DNA from: Candidatus Babeliaceae bacterium
GTDB taxonomy: Bacteria; Babelota; Babeliae; Babelales; Babelaceae
Length of the DNA stretch: 64,000 bases
Assembly (NCBI GenBank): GCA_041660765.1
Contig: JBAZVR010000003.1
Location: forward strand, 20,242-84,241
Direction: 5' to 3'
The notes beneath the pieces were generated by a model. The model saw nothing but the letters and a program-made list of their open reading frames with translations, did not search any database and was not told the DNA's origin. The position numbers and the translations under genes are program-made. Below, one piece after another: positions 45,703 through 54,539 of the stretch. Each line of letters starts with the position of its first letter. Position 1 is the first letter of the stretch.

Positions 45703-46237
45703 AGCGATGTAACCCTTGAATAATAGTTTGTGGTGTTGCATGTGCGCAACAGTGATGAAACTCTTCAAGTGTTTTTATACTATGTTCGTTGTGAGAAAGT
45801 GAATAATAATGAGCAAGATGTGCTGTTGTTATGGCAACAAGCTGCAATTGCAGCATATGCGCCAAGAGTTGATATTGAAAAATAATACTCTTGTGCAGGC
45901 TTGCCGTATACCACGTGTCAGCGCTGAGTTGTATCGTATCATATGAGTAATTATCAAGCAGCTTTGGTTTATCTGAAGGCGTTTCGATGCTTTCGTGTAC
46001 CTGATCGCCAGCAAAAACAAAAATAATACGTGCATGATGGGCGTTATGTTGAGCTAGAAATGCCGTTATATGCTTTTGCATGCGAGTTGCATTGAGAATA
46101 ATAAGATTATGCACCATAAAATGATGATCCCATGTTTGAATAACCGAATGTTCATGTACAAGGCCCATACTGATGGCTTCTTTATTAACAATAACGCCCA
46201 CTGTGTTACGTGATAATGGAGGTATAAAAGAAATCAT
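45686..46237 (-). CDS. hypothetical protein
   Basis: 183-aa ORF overlapping the prmC stop by 4 nt (ATGA) and overlapping the next gene. No family recognised. Confidence 0.45.
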   Translation of the reverse strand: MISFIPPLSRNTVGVIVNKEAISMGLVHEHSVIQTWDHHFMVHNLIILNATRMQKHITAFLAQHNAHHARIIFVFAGDQVHESIETPSDKPKLLDNYSYDTIQLSADTWYTASLHKSIIFQYQLLAHMLQLQLVAITTAHLAHYYSLSHNEHSIKTLEEFHHCCAHATPQTIIQGLHRYEKFF

Positions 46238-47100
46238 AGTGTCCCAACAACAACACGATCTTTACCGTACCAATCTTTGATAATATCAGCTTGCGCAAAA
46301 CCAGCTTCTAGCATCAATCTATGTGTTTCTTTGCCTTGCGTTGAGCCGATTTCTATCCATAATTGTGGCATGGGTAATCGTGTAGTAATAAAAGCCTGTG
46401 CGCCGGTAATAATTTTTTCGATTAATGCATAACCATGATCTTCGGCGACAAGAGCGCCTATATCTTCCCATTTGGTTATTTCTGGTTGCAGTGTTGCCCA
46501 ATCATCCCTATCTATATAGGGCGGGTTTGCGACAATAAGATCATAATAATTATTTTTTGGCAGGCCATCATATATATCTGAGTATACGCATGTTACATTA
46601 CGTATATTATTGCGTTGAGCATTAGCATGGGTAAGATCAAGCGCATCGCGATGTACATCAGTACAGGTCACGTGCGATTGTGGAAATGCATGTGCCAGCG
46701 ATAATCCTATGCAGCCGCTGCCGGTGCACATGTCAAGAATGGTACGTGGTGTGACAGTCTTTTTATACGCTTCTTTAATAAGTACATCACACCATTCTTC
46801 TGTTTCTGGTCGGGGAATAAGCACGGGTGGCTGTACCGCGATAATAATATCCAAAAATGGTACGGTACCCAAGAGGTATTGTAATGGCATATGGTCGTGC
46901 GTTAATTTTTTGATCCAGAGATCAAGTGTATGCTGTTGGTCTTGCGAAAGTTCTATTGTATCACGAGCAATAAGCTGTATTTTATCTGTGTGTAATAATT
47001 TTTCTATTACTGCCCATGCGTTATTTGCTGCAAGATACGGATCTTGATATAAGGGGATAAGCTTTTTTGTTACGATGCGTACTAAAGCTGTTATTTTCAT
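46234..47100 (-). CDS. prmC: release-factor glutamine N5-methyltransferase PrmC (HemK)
   Basis: SAM-binding motif (ILDMCTGSGCIG) and the NPPY catalytic motif (VANPPYI). Confidence 0.9.
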   Translation of the reverse strand: MKITALVRIVTKKLIPLYQDPYLAANNAWAVIEKLLHTDKIQLIARDTIELSQDQQHTLDLWIKKLTHDHMPLQYLLGTVPFLDIIIAVQPPVLIPRPETEEWCDVLIKEAYKKTVTPRTILDMCTGSGCIGLSLAHAFPQSHVTCTDVHRDALDLTHANAQRNNIRNVTCVYSDIYDGLPKNNYYDLIVANPPYIDRDDWATLQPEITKWEDIGALVAEDHGYALIEKIITGAQAFITTRLPMPQLWIEIGSTQGKETHRLMLEAGFAQADIIKDWYGKDRVVVGTL

Positions 47101-47112
47101 GTGTATATCTTT

Positions 47113-47478
47113 TTATGTTATTATTTGCGCCATAATTTCTAAGTCATTGTGCAGTAGTTTTAATGATTTTTCAACGGATAGTGGTAATGAGTCGCTGATA
47201 CTTTGAGTTATTTTAAAAATAAAATCTTTAAAATAAGAACTTTTTTTATCTATTTTTGAAGTATTAATTTTTGTTAATAACTCCTGTAAAAGTTTTATTC
47301 GTTCGTTTGGCACGTTATTTTTAAGAATATTGGTATATTCGCCTTCTAGCTCATTTTTTAATGTATCTTGAGCCTGCTCCCATAGTTTGCGTATATACTT
47401 TTCGCCCGAATCACTGCCCATTGTGTGTGCATGATATGCGCATAAAGCCATGCACACACATAAAATTCTTTTTTTCAT
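47113..47478 (-). CDS. secreted paralog family A, short member
   Basis: Signal peptide and a C-terminal motif LHNDLEIMAQIIT shared with the three upstream genes. Confidence 0.6.
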   Translation of the reverse strand: MKKRILCVCMALCAYHAHTMGSDSGEKYIRKLWEQAQDTLKNELEGEYTNILKNNVPNERIKLLQELLTKINTSKIDKKSSYFKDFIFKITQSISDSLPLSVEKSLKLLHNDLEIMAQIIT

Positions 47479-48197
47479 GCCAACACATGCACCAATATTG
47501 TTATATCATTGTTGAGTTCTTGTAATGTTTGATCAAAATCAGCAAGTTTATTGTGCACATCTAACAGTAAAGGGCTGTTTTTAAATACATTTTTAAAGTT
47601 ATCGGTCATCTTGTCATATATTTTTTGATATTCATCTTTTTTATTAACATCGGTAAAAAAATATGGCGATTGTATGACCAAAAAATCTATATAATAATTA
47701 AGATAACTATCAATAAGAGTTTTACGTTTGTCCGTATCTAGCTTGTCCAATGTATTAAATTGAGCTTTTTTTAAATGATCCGGGATATTATTGAGAGCCG
47801 CATTGATAGTCGCAATTAATTCAGGTGCACCATCATCTCCTAAGACTAATCTGTCACTATCATCAGCCTGAGCCCCCTTGTCAAATGTACATGAATAATG
47901 AGCGTCGGCGCAATCTTTAATAAACGTAATAATAGAATACTTAAATGTCAGCTTTTTATATACATCTTGTAAAAAAGTGGTATTACTCTTGCTTTTTTTA
48001 AGAGCCGACACGTTTTTAACAATGCCCTTCATTATGTCGCCATAATGCTCAATAACAGTTAGATATCGTTGCGCATTAAAAAAATTAACCTGCAATTCGA
48101 GAGTAAGATCTGCCTCACGTCTAAGTGTTAATATTTCATTAAAGCTTCCACAATGCAATCCATGCACAACGGCACCAATAAGTAGTATTTTTTTCAT
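47475..48197 (-). CDS. secreted paralog family A member
   Basis: Signal peptide. SPYFF block (LVIQSPYFFTDVNKKDEYQKIY). C-terminal LNNDITILVHVLA. Confidence 0.65.
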   Translation of the reverse strand: MKKILLIGAVVHGLHCGSFNEILTLRREADLTLELQVNFFNAQRYLTVIEHYGDIMKGIVKNVSALKKSKSNTTFLQDVYKKLTFKYSIITFIKDCADAHYSCTFDKGAQADDSDRLVLGDDGAPELIATINAALNNIPDHLKKAQFNTLDKLDTDKRKTLIDSYLNYYIDFLVIQSPYFFTDVNKKDEYQKIYDKMTDNFKNVFKNSPLLLDVHNKLADFDQTLQELNNDITILVHVLA

Positions 48198-48208
48198 AAT
48201 CATTCTTT

Positions 48209-50155
48209 CTACATTAATATTTGCGCAAGTATGATTAAGTCATTGTTAAGCTCTGATAATAACGCTGATTCAAAAGGAGCCGTCGGTGGTGTTGTGAATG
48301 GCGGGTATATCTTTGGAAAAGCTAGTTTAACCTCTGTTATAAGTTGATCAGAATTAGTGCCATACTCACCCATCTTGGTTTTGATATCATTAATTAATGA
48401 TTCAACCGCGCTCTTTATATCTTGCGAAGCACTTTTTTCTTGCAAATCTTGGATCTCAAGACTAACGTGAATTTTCAATATTTTAATCATTTTTGTTAAA
48501 AGTTTCTTCTTAAGCTCCGTTATTATTTGTATATATGGTTTTTTTGTTGTTTCATCCATATTTGGAAAGTCATAAATTTTGTCATATAATTTTTGATAAG
48601 ATTCATTAAATATTTTATAGTCGGTGTGTTTTTTAACAGCAGCAAGTTTTTTAAGCGTTTCGATGTCATTAACTATCTCAACATTAAAAAATTTAAGAGC
48701 TTGTTGTCTAGGATTCAGAGGCAAAGGTTTTGCAGGGCTATCGTCTTTTTTTTCAGGTTCTTTAGGCGTCGGCGCAGGCGTTCCTGCAATATGGCTTTTT
48801 ATCTCTGTCATTAGCTTACTCTCGTCAAATACGCTTTGAAGATAGCGATCCTTTGTTTTGTTGCTGAGATACTTTATTGTATCAAGTTTGGCGTATTCTT
48901 CTTTTTTATTGTTTTTACTATAAAAATATGGTGATTTAATCATCAAATAAACCGCAAGGTGCTTAAAATAATCATTAACCATAATGCCAAAATCATTCAT
49001 TGGTAAGGGCCTCATAATCTTTTGGCTTCCTGTTGATGGAAAATTGGCTGAGTTTAAATAATCTGGGATACTTCCTATCATTTTATGAATTTCTTCCATA
49101 AAATCTTTTGCAGATTCTTCGCCAAGCATTTTTTTACCGCTGACTATGCTGAATGTTAGCGGTCTTGCATCAAATGTATACGGGCTATTATACGAGTTAT
49201 TATCATTGTAAGCTTTAAAATCTGCTTGAAGCGCATCGAGTATATACGCTTTGCACAATAGCTGCTTGTACATTGCCTGATATTCAGGACTTTGCCCTAG
49301 TTTGGCAATCGCTTCTGCATCAGCAAAAAGCTTGTTCTTAAGATTAGATAAATCTGGAGAAGTAAAATCCGGTATGTTGTATGGATCTAATTCTTTTTTT
49401 ATTTGCTCGATAATTATTGTAGGCGCCGGCGCAGGTTCTTGTGTTAATTCTTTTGCCTTTTCAGATTCTTTTATTAACTTGCTCTCTTTAAATATATCTT
49501 TAAACGTGTCTTGTGTTCTTGGAGCGCTTGCAAGTTTCATCTTTTCAAGCTGCGCATAGCCCTCTTTTTTTGTAGCAGCATCATAAAAATATGGTGATTG
49601 AATTGTTAAAAAAGCCGCAAGATAATTAAAATAATCGTTAATAAGATCATTTACCGTAAAGCCGATAATATTTTTTTGACCCAATTCTCCAAACTTGGCC
49701 GATGTTAAATACTCTGCAATGCTCGTTATCGTTGTATTAATTTCTTTGATTAACGTATCAGCTGCCTTGTCGCCGAGAACTTTTTTGTCGTCTTCAGTAA
49801 CAGTAACTACTACTGGTTTTTGGTCGAATGTATAATTTTTGGTCCAGTTAGCTGTATTATTGTCAAAATATGTTTTGAGGGCATTGAGCATCGCAGATTT
49901 AAATCGTGCTTGTTGGTATATACGAAGAATTTCAGGTGTAGTTTGTAATGTGCCGGCAGTGATTCTTTCGGCAATCTGCTTGGGAAACTTAGAAATATTA
50001 AATACTTTGTTTACTAACTTTTTATCATTAAACATTATCATCTTATCTGCGGCAAGCGCGGCTCGCATGCCTGTTAAAGAGCCGCCCGTTTCTTCAGATC
50101 CGGCATGGGCAATGGTATGTAAAAAAAGAGGTAATAATAAGAATAGTTTTTTCAT
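48209..50155 (-). CDS. secreted paralog family A member, double-domain (648 aa)
   Basis: AAGGAG lies upstream of the ATG and a signal peptide is present. Two SPYFY blocks (LTIQSPYFYDAATKKEGYAQL, LMIKSPYFYSKNNKKEEYAKL). C-terminal LNNDLIILAQILM. Confidence 0.75.
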   Translation of the reverse strand: MKKLFLLLPLFLHTIAHAGSEETGGSLTGMRAALAADKMIMFNDKKLVNKVFNISKFPKQIAERITAGTLQTTPEILRIYQQARFKSAMLNALKTYFDNNTANWTKNYTFDQKPVVVTVTEDDKKVLGDKAADTLIKEINTTITSIAEYLTSAKFGELGQKNIIGFTVNDLINDYFNYLAAFLTIQSPYFYDAATKKEGYAQLEKMKLASAPRTQDTFKDIFKESKLIKESEKAKELTQEPAPAPTIIIEQIKKELDPYNIPDFTSPDLSNLKNKLFADAEAIAKLGQSPEYQAMYKQLLCKAYILDALQADFKAYNDNNSYNSPYTFDARPLTFSIVSGKKMLGEESAKDFMEEIHKMIGSIPDYLNSANFPSTGSQKIMRPLPMNDFGIMVNDYFKHLAVYLMIKSPYFYSKNNKKEEYAKLDTIKYLSNKTKDRYLQSVFDESKLMTEIKSHIAGTPAPTPKEPEKKDDSPAKPLPLNPRQQALKFFNVEIVNDIETLKKLAAVKKHTDYKIFNESYQKLYDKIYDFPNMDETTKKPYIQIITELKKKLLTKMIKILKIHVSLEIQDLQEKSASQDIKSAVESLINDIKTKMGEYGTNSDQLITEVKLAFPKIYPPFTTPPTAPFESALLSELNNDLIILAQILM

Positions 50156-50187
50156 AAGGCTCCTTGGTCAAAAATCAATATGCAGTC

Positions 50188-50217
50188 AGAGTACCAAATT
50201 TTTTTTAACTATCTCAA
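50188..50217 (-). promoter_or_regulatory. putative promoter, conserved with 51229-51258
   Basis: On the minus strand: TTGAGA (50217-50212), 18-nt spacer ending TGG, TACTCT (50193-50188). The -35 lies inside the inverted repeat TATCT-TG-AGATA. Confidence 0.4.
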
Positions 50218-50233
50218 GATATATAGCAAAGCC

Positions 50234-50275
50234 CTTCGATACACCGCTCTGCGAGCGGCACTCAGGGTGAGCGGG
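50234..50275. repeat. intergenic copy (5' part) of the dispersed repeat element
   Basis: CTTCGATACACCGCTCTGCGAGCGGCACTCAGGGTGAGCGGG contains the hairpin CCGCTC-TGC-GAGCGG and matches mutL-internal 43878-43918. Confidence 0.65.
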
Positions 50276-50294
50276 TGTGCACATTCAATTACAT

Positions 50295-51197
50295 CTATAT
50301 TATTTGGCCAAGAATTATTAAGTCATCATTCAGTTGAGATAAGGCCATAACGGTGTGCAATTTGGTGTTAATAAGTTTTATAAATAAACTTGGATCGGCA
50401 TTGTATTCTATGGCCTTTTTTTTAATCTCATCCAATAATTGTGTCTTTTCAGCTACAGTTGTTATCTTCTCAACATTTTTAATAATGTCATTTTTGAATA
50501 TCCCAAAAAGCTTTAATTGCGTATCTTTTTTGATTTCGTCGAGCTTATCAGAGCCGGCATCATTATATAGTGTGTTATATAACTCTTTAAAAATAGAGTA
50601 ATAACTGTGATCTACATGCTGAGCGAATTCTGTGAATGCCTGTATTTTTTTATCTATTTTTTCATCGTTATTATAAAAATAGCGTGATTCTATTAATAAG
50701 AGCGCCTGAATATAATTAAAATAATGATTAAGTGTTTGCAGATTTTGCGGGTCTATATCGTGCACAGCGAGCGGCTTTATATACTCTGGGATGCTTTTTA
50801 TAATGCCATTAATTTCTGAGATCAAAGCTTCTGCGCCTTGTTCGCCAAGTACTTTTGTATCGTCTTCAGTCACGGCAAGATCCGGAAGCGGTGTCACAAG
50901 TGTATACTTTTTTGTAGACACGAATTCATCAAAATATACTTTGAGTGCGTTTATGACGGCAATTGTACACCGCAATTGTTTATAAGTAAGTTTATATGTC
51001 GCTTGTTTAAATACGTTTTCTTTTGCCAGATGTAGGGTAGTAATAGTGCGTGCGGCAGCAGATAGTTCTTGCACCGCAGCAGCAAGACTATCTTTGTCGG
51101 TAAATATTAGTACTTTATGTTTTTGTAAGAGCGCTTCAGATCCGGAGTAATTTGTTATATGTAATAATACCGGTAGTAGTAAAAAAGTTTTTTTCAT
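50295..51197 (-). CDS. secreted paralog family A member
   Basis: ORF 50295..51215, start moved to ATG 51197 (AAGGGG upstream; MKKTFLLLPVLLH parallels MKKLFLLLPLFLH of the neighbour). Has LLIESRYFYNND and C-terminal LNDDLIILGQII. Confidence 0.7.
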   Translation of the reverse strand: MKKTFLLLPVLLHITNYSGSEALLQKHKVLIFTDKDSLAAAVQELSAAARTITTLHLAKENVFKQATYKLTYKQLRCTIAVINALKVYFDEFVSTKKYTLVTPLPDLAVTEDDTKVLGEQGAEALISEINGIIKSIPEYIKPLAVHDIDPQNLQTLNHYFNYIQALLLIESRYFYNNDEKIDKKIQAFTEFAQHVDHSYYSIFKELYNTLYNDAGSDKLDEIKKDTQLKLFGIFKNDIIKNVEKITTVAEKTQLLDEIKKKAIEYNADPSLFIKLINTKLHTVMALSQLNDDLIILGQII

Positions 51198-51228
51198 ATG
51201 GCCCCTTATGTACAAAGAATATGTTGTC

Positions 51229-51258
51229 AGGGTACCAGATTTTTTAACATTATCTCAA
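51229..51258 (-). promoter_or_regulatory. putative promoter, conserved with 50188-50217
   Basis: On the minus strand: TTGAGA (51258-51253), 18-nt spacer ending TGG, TACCCT (51234-51229). Same TATCTTGAGATA inverted repeat. Confidence 0.4.
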
Positions 51259-51268
51259 GATAGCACTA

Positions 51269-52150
51269 TTAGTCTGCTAAGAGAGATTCGACAAAAGCGT
51301 GGGCATTAAAAGGCTCTAAGTGTTCTAACTTTTCGCCATATGAGATGTAAGCAATAGGAATATGCAGAAGAGAAGTGATTGAAAAAATAATGCCCCCTTT
51401 GGCGCTACCATCCATTTTGGTCAAAACCACGCCGTCAAGCGGTGTGCTTTCATGAAATAATTGTGCTTGAATTAAAGAATTTTGGCCAAGAATGCCATCC
51501 ACGACCAATAAAGTAGAAAGCTTTTTATCGGGAAGCTGTTGCTGAATAATGCGTTTAATTTTTTCTAACTCTTTCATCAAGTTAACTTTTGTTTGCAAGC
51601 GCCCGGCGGTATCAATAATCAAAATATCATATGCTTTTGCAAGATATTCTTGGCATCCAACATAAATAACTGATGCAGGATCCTGATTTTCTTTACCCAT
51701 AACAATGTCAGCCCCAGTTTTTTGAGCCCATTGATTGAGTTGTTCAGTCGCGGCCGCTCTAAATGTGTCTCCGGCAACAAGTAAGACTTTTTTGCCCAGC
51801 GACCTATAATAATGAGCCAGCTTGCCTGCAGTTGTTGTTTTGCCGCTCCCATTAATACCCACTAATAAAAAGATCTGGTCAGAAGGTATATAGTTTTCTT
51901 GCGTCAAAATCTTTTCTAAAATTGCATTCATGTGTCGCGCAAGCTCTTCCCCAGATGTTTGGGGCGGTAATGTTGTGAGATCCTTAATAATAAGACGAGT
52001 AGTTTCTATCCCAATATCGGCTTCGAGTAGTGTTTTTTCTAATTGATTCAGCGTTGCTTGATCAAGTGATTGAATGTTTTTTAAAAATCCAATGCTTTTT
52101 TTAAAATTGCTATAAAGAGTGCCGAGAATATTTTTGAAACTGTTAAACAT
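51269..52150 (-). CDS. ftsY: signal recognition particle receptor FtsY (NG domain only)
   Basis: GTPase motifs GINGSGKTTT, DTAGR, TKMDG. At 293 aa it has no acidic A domain. Confidence 0.9.
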   Translation of the reverse strand: MFNSFKNILGTLYSNFKKSIGFLKNIQSLDQATLNQLEKTLLEADIGIETTRLIIKDLTTLPPQTSGEELARHMNAILEKILTQENYIPSDQIFLLVGINGSGKTTTAGKLAHYYRSLGKKVLLVAGDTFRAAATEQLNQWAQKTGADIVMGKENQDPASVIYVGCQEYLAKAYDILIIDTAGRLQTKVNLMKELEKIKRIIQQQLPDKKLSTLLVVDGILGQNSLIQAQLFHESTPLDGVVLTKMDGSAKGGIIFSITSLLHIPIAYISYGEKLEHLEPFNAHAFVESLLAD

Positions 52151-52356
52151 GGGATGTTTTTTTAAAGTATTAAAAAAGATTGCTATTTTTTAAATATAAA
52201 CTATCTTGCTACATCTGGCAAATTTTAATAATTTTTTAAGATGTGTATTATTTAAAAAAATTGCAAAATAATTTAAAATATTACACAATGATAGATTATG
52301 TGAAGATTATAAAGACTTGTCGTTTTTCAAAACAAAAAAATATATGTTAATTTATC

Positions 52357-52980
52357 ATGACTAGAAAAGAGTTTAGCCAAGGTAAGAAGAGCGTATTAGA
52401 AGCAAAAAATAAATATTCAAAGCGCTCAAAAATATCAGAGGTAGCGTTTAGGCATTTGCTTATGCTTTTTGAGCTTGATCTGACTGCAAAAAAAATGGCT
52501 GAACTGTGCCAATTAAATAGAAATACTATTAACCGTTACATGACGTTAATTCGCAAACGGATAACACAAGAATGGGAAACAATAAACCCACTTGCGCCAA
52601 TACCTGACAATAATATAGTATTTGAACCAGAAAAAAATACATTTTATGGCAAGGTTGTATTGGGTATTTTTGAAGAAAACAATACAATTTATACAAAATT
52701 GCTGCAATTTAATCCAGACTGGAGCGAGAAAAATATAGTTGTTATGCAGTTAAAATTTATCGATGGATTTAGGAAAATTTTGTATGCAACGCTTATGGAG
52801 TTTAAGAGTGATTTGTGTGCTATGTTCTGCATTTTTACTCATGAGCGTCTTAAAAAATTTCGTGGAATCAGTAAGAATACCCTTTTATTGCACTTGAAAG
52901 AGTGCGAAGTAAGATTTAATCAAAAAAAACATGGAATGTATGATTATCTTATAAAGATATTCCATATCAATCCCCTCTAA
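52357..52980 (+). mobile_element. degenerate IS1595/ISXO2-like transposase-derived ORF
   Basis: HTH-like segment (KKMAELCQLNRNTINRYM), a GKVVLGIFEENNTIYTKLL block, and the characteristic C-terminus RLKKFRGISKNTLLLHLKECEVRFNQK. The central DDE core appears missing, and no terminal inverted repeats were found by eye. Confidence 0.5.
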
Positions 52981-53071
52981 ACTAGTCATGATCTTTACTT
53001 TTGTCAGGCGACCTTTTATCTTTAATGGTGCCTAGAGAACACATGGGAAACATTGCCATATGGGGAAAAGT

Positions 53072-53305
53072 ATGGAAAAAAAAACACCACACATCAAAGA
53101 AGTTCGTCCATTCAAATACAATACGCATACAAGTGGCTTAGCTAACAGCTCACAAAAAGGGCTTGATGATGGATGGACCAGAGCAACATTTATCGTAAAA
53201 AAGGAGCTTTTAGAAAAAGTAAAAGATTGTGCTTATTGGGAGCGAATGACGGTAAAAACTATTGTGAATGATGCGCTTGATTCATTTTTTAAAAATAAAA
53301 AATAG
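53072..53305 (+). CDS. small ribbon-helix-helix-like protein (tentative)
   Basis: The C-terminal segment WTRATFIVKKELLEKVKDCAYWERMTVKTIVNDALDSFF fits a beta-strand/helix/helix pattern typical of RHH (CopG/ParG-like) proteins. Confidence 0.35.
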   Translation: MEKKTPHIKEVRPFKYNTHTSGLANSSQKGLDDGWTRATFIVKKELLEKVKDCAYWERMTVKTIVNDALDSFFKNKK

Positions 53306-53412
53306 TGTAATAAAGCCATAAAAAAATAGATGTAATAAAAGTATTGATTTTTTCTTTATGATATTTTAGTGTGTTTAAAATGTTTACCATGTTTACATAA
53401 GGAGAGAATGTT

Positions 53413-54462
53413 ATGGTATTTTTTAAGAAACAGTTCGCAATGGCGTTGTGTATGGCGCTCCCCCTGTGCGCTCAAGATCCTGATTTATTAAAGTATTCAC
53501 ATACCGGTTCAGCGACTGGAGTTTCGAGTAATTGTTGTGGCTCGTTACATATTACAAAAGCCTGTATAAAAAAGCTCAAGTCTCATAAAATAAGCGCTGA
53601 AAAACTAAGAGCAGTTTATGGCTGCGCCAATCAATTTAATGTTGATGACTTGAGTGCACAAAGCCTGCGCGTCGACAATGCCTGTGCCAATCACTTGAAC
53701 GCCGGCAATATATGTGCCAACGCTATTCATGGCACCGAAGTATGCGCAACCGAAGTTAACGCGCCAAAAATTTGTTCAGATAATGCACAGCTTCATAATG
53801 TATGTGCACAAAACATTGTAACCCAAGATCTTTGTGTTAACGGTACTTTCAAAACCTGCTCAAAATACGGCGCACGCGTATTATTGTCTTCTGATGTAAC
53901 GTATACCCTGGGCGATGTTATTCCTTATGATTTAGTAGTAAGCGACCCAAGCGGCAGCTTCTTTTTCGGCCCATCTCGTTTTGTTGCTCCAGTGACTGGG
54001 ACATATATATTAACAACAGAGGTTGATCAAATAGGTCTTAGCTCTCCTGTAACTATTTTGGGCGCGCCGCTGACAGAGCTTCAAGTGCAGGTCAATGGCA
54101 TTAATCGTGTAAATATGGACTCGCAGTTATTAACATTTGCTAGCATTCATGAAGGATTATTAACAAGTCTTATTTTCTTGAATGCGGGGGATGTTCTTAC
54201 TATACGTAAAAATATTTTTATTGTAGATCAAGTTCTTGGATTTACTCCAATTGTAGGGACGGTAACGTTAAAGGGATCTGCAGTAGCATCTGATAAAACA
54301 AACTTTTATATAGAATTCTTAGGGGCTCCTTGCGAAACAACCGTGCCATGCTCATGCCCAGTAGAGCCATGCGCGCCATGCCTCCCATGCAATGTTGTTC
54401 CATGTGAGCCGGCAGGTCCATGCAATTTTGCGCCATGCCCATGCCCACCATGCGGTAGCTAA
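53413..54462 (+). CDS. secreted protein with a Cys-decapeptide repeat stalk, a C1q/TNF-like globular domain and a Pro/Cys-rich tail
   Basis: Signal peptide. Cys at residues 91, 101, 111, 121, 131 and 141 (10-aa period). Segment ...LGDVIPYDLVVSDPSGSFFFGPSRFVAPVTGTYILTTEV... matches the C1q-domain pattern (F..v..N.g..y...tG.F.aPv.G.Y.F). The tail is CPVEPCAPCLPCNVVPCEPAGPCNFAPCPCPPCGS. Confidence 0.65.
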   Translation: MVFFKKQFAMALCMALPLCAQDPDLLKYSHTGSATGVSSNCCGSLHITKACIKKLKSHKISAEKLRAVYGCANQFNVDDLSAQSLRVDNACANHLNAGNICANAIHGTEVCATEVNAPKICSDNAQLHNVCAQNIVTQDLCVNGTFKTCSKYGARVLLSSDVTYTLGDVIPYDLVVSDPSGSFFFGPSRFVAPVTGTYILTTEVDQIGLSSPVTILGAPLTELQVQVNGINRVNMDSQLLTFASIHEGLLTSLIFLNAGDVLTIRKNIFIVDQVLGFTPIVGTVTLKGSAVASDKTNFYIEFLGAPCETTVPCSCPVEPCAPCLPCNVVPCEPAGPCNFAPCPCPPCGS

Positions 54463-54491
54463 TACAATATATTTTTCCCCAATCTCAGGCA

Positions 54492-54522
54492 GGGCGGAGT
54501 AGGTTAACATCCTACTCCGCCC
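54492..54522. terminator. perfect 12-bp hairpin between convergent genes
   Basis: GGGCGGAGTAGG (54492-54503), loop TTAACAT, CCTACTCCGCCC (54511-54522), then ATTT. Confidence 0.6.
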
Positions 54523-54539
54523 ATTTCGCACTATGCAAC

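Noticed and set aside
50225-50290. tRNA-like or other small RNA gene in the intergenic repeat copy
   Set aside because: There is no cloverleaf, no T-loop GGTTCGA-type motif and no acceptor stem pairing. The same sequence is translated in frame inside mutL, which fits a selfish or structural repeat better than an RNA gene.
52150-53060. Intact insertion sequence around the IS1595-like ORF
   Set aside because: I could not find terminal inverted repeats or target-site duplications by eye, and the DDE core appears missing. I therefore treat it as a relic rather than an active mobile element.
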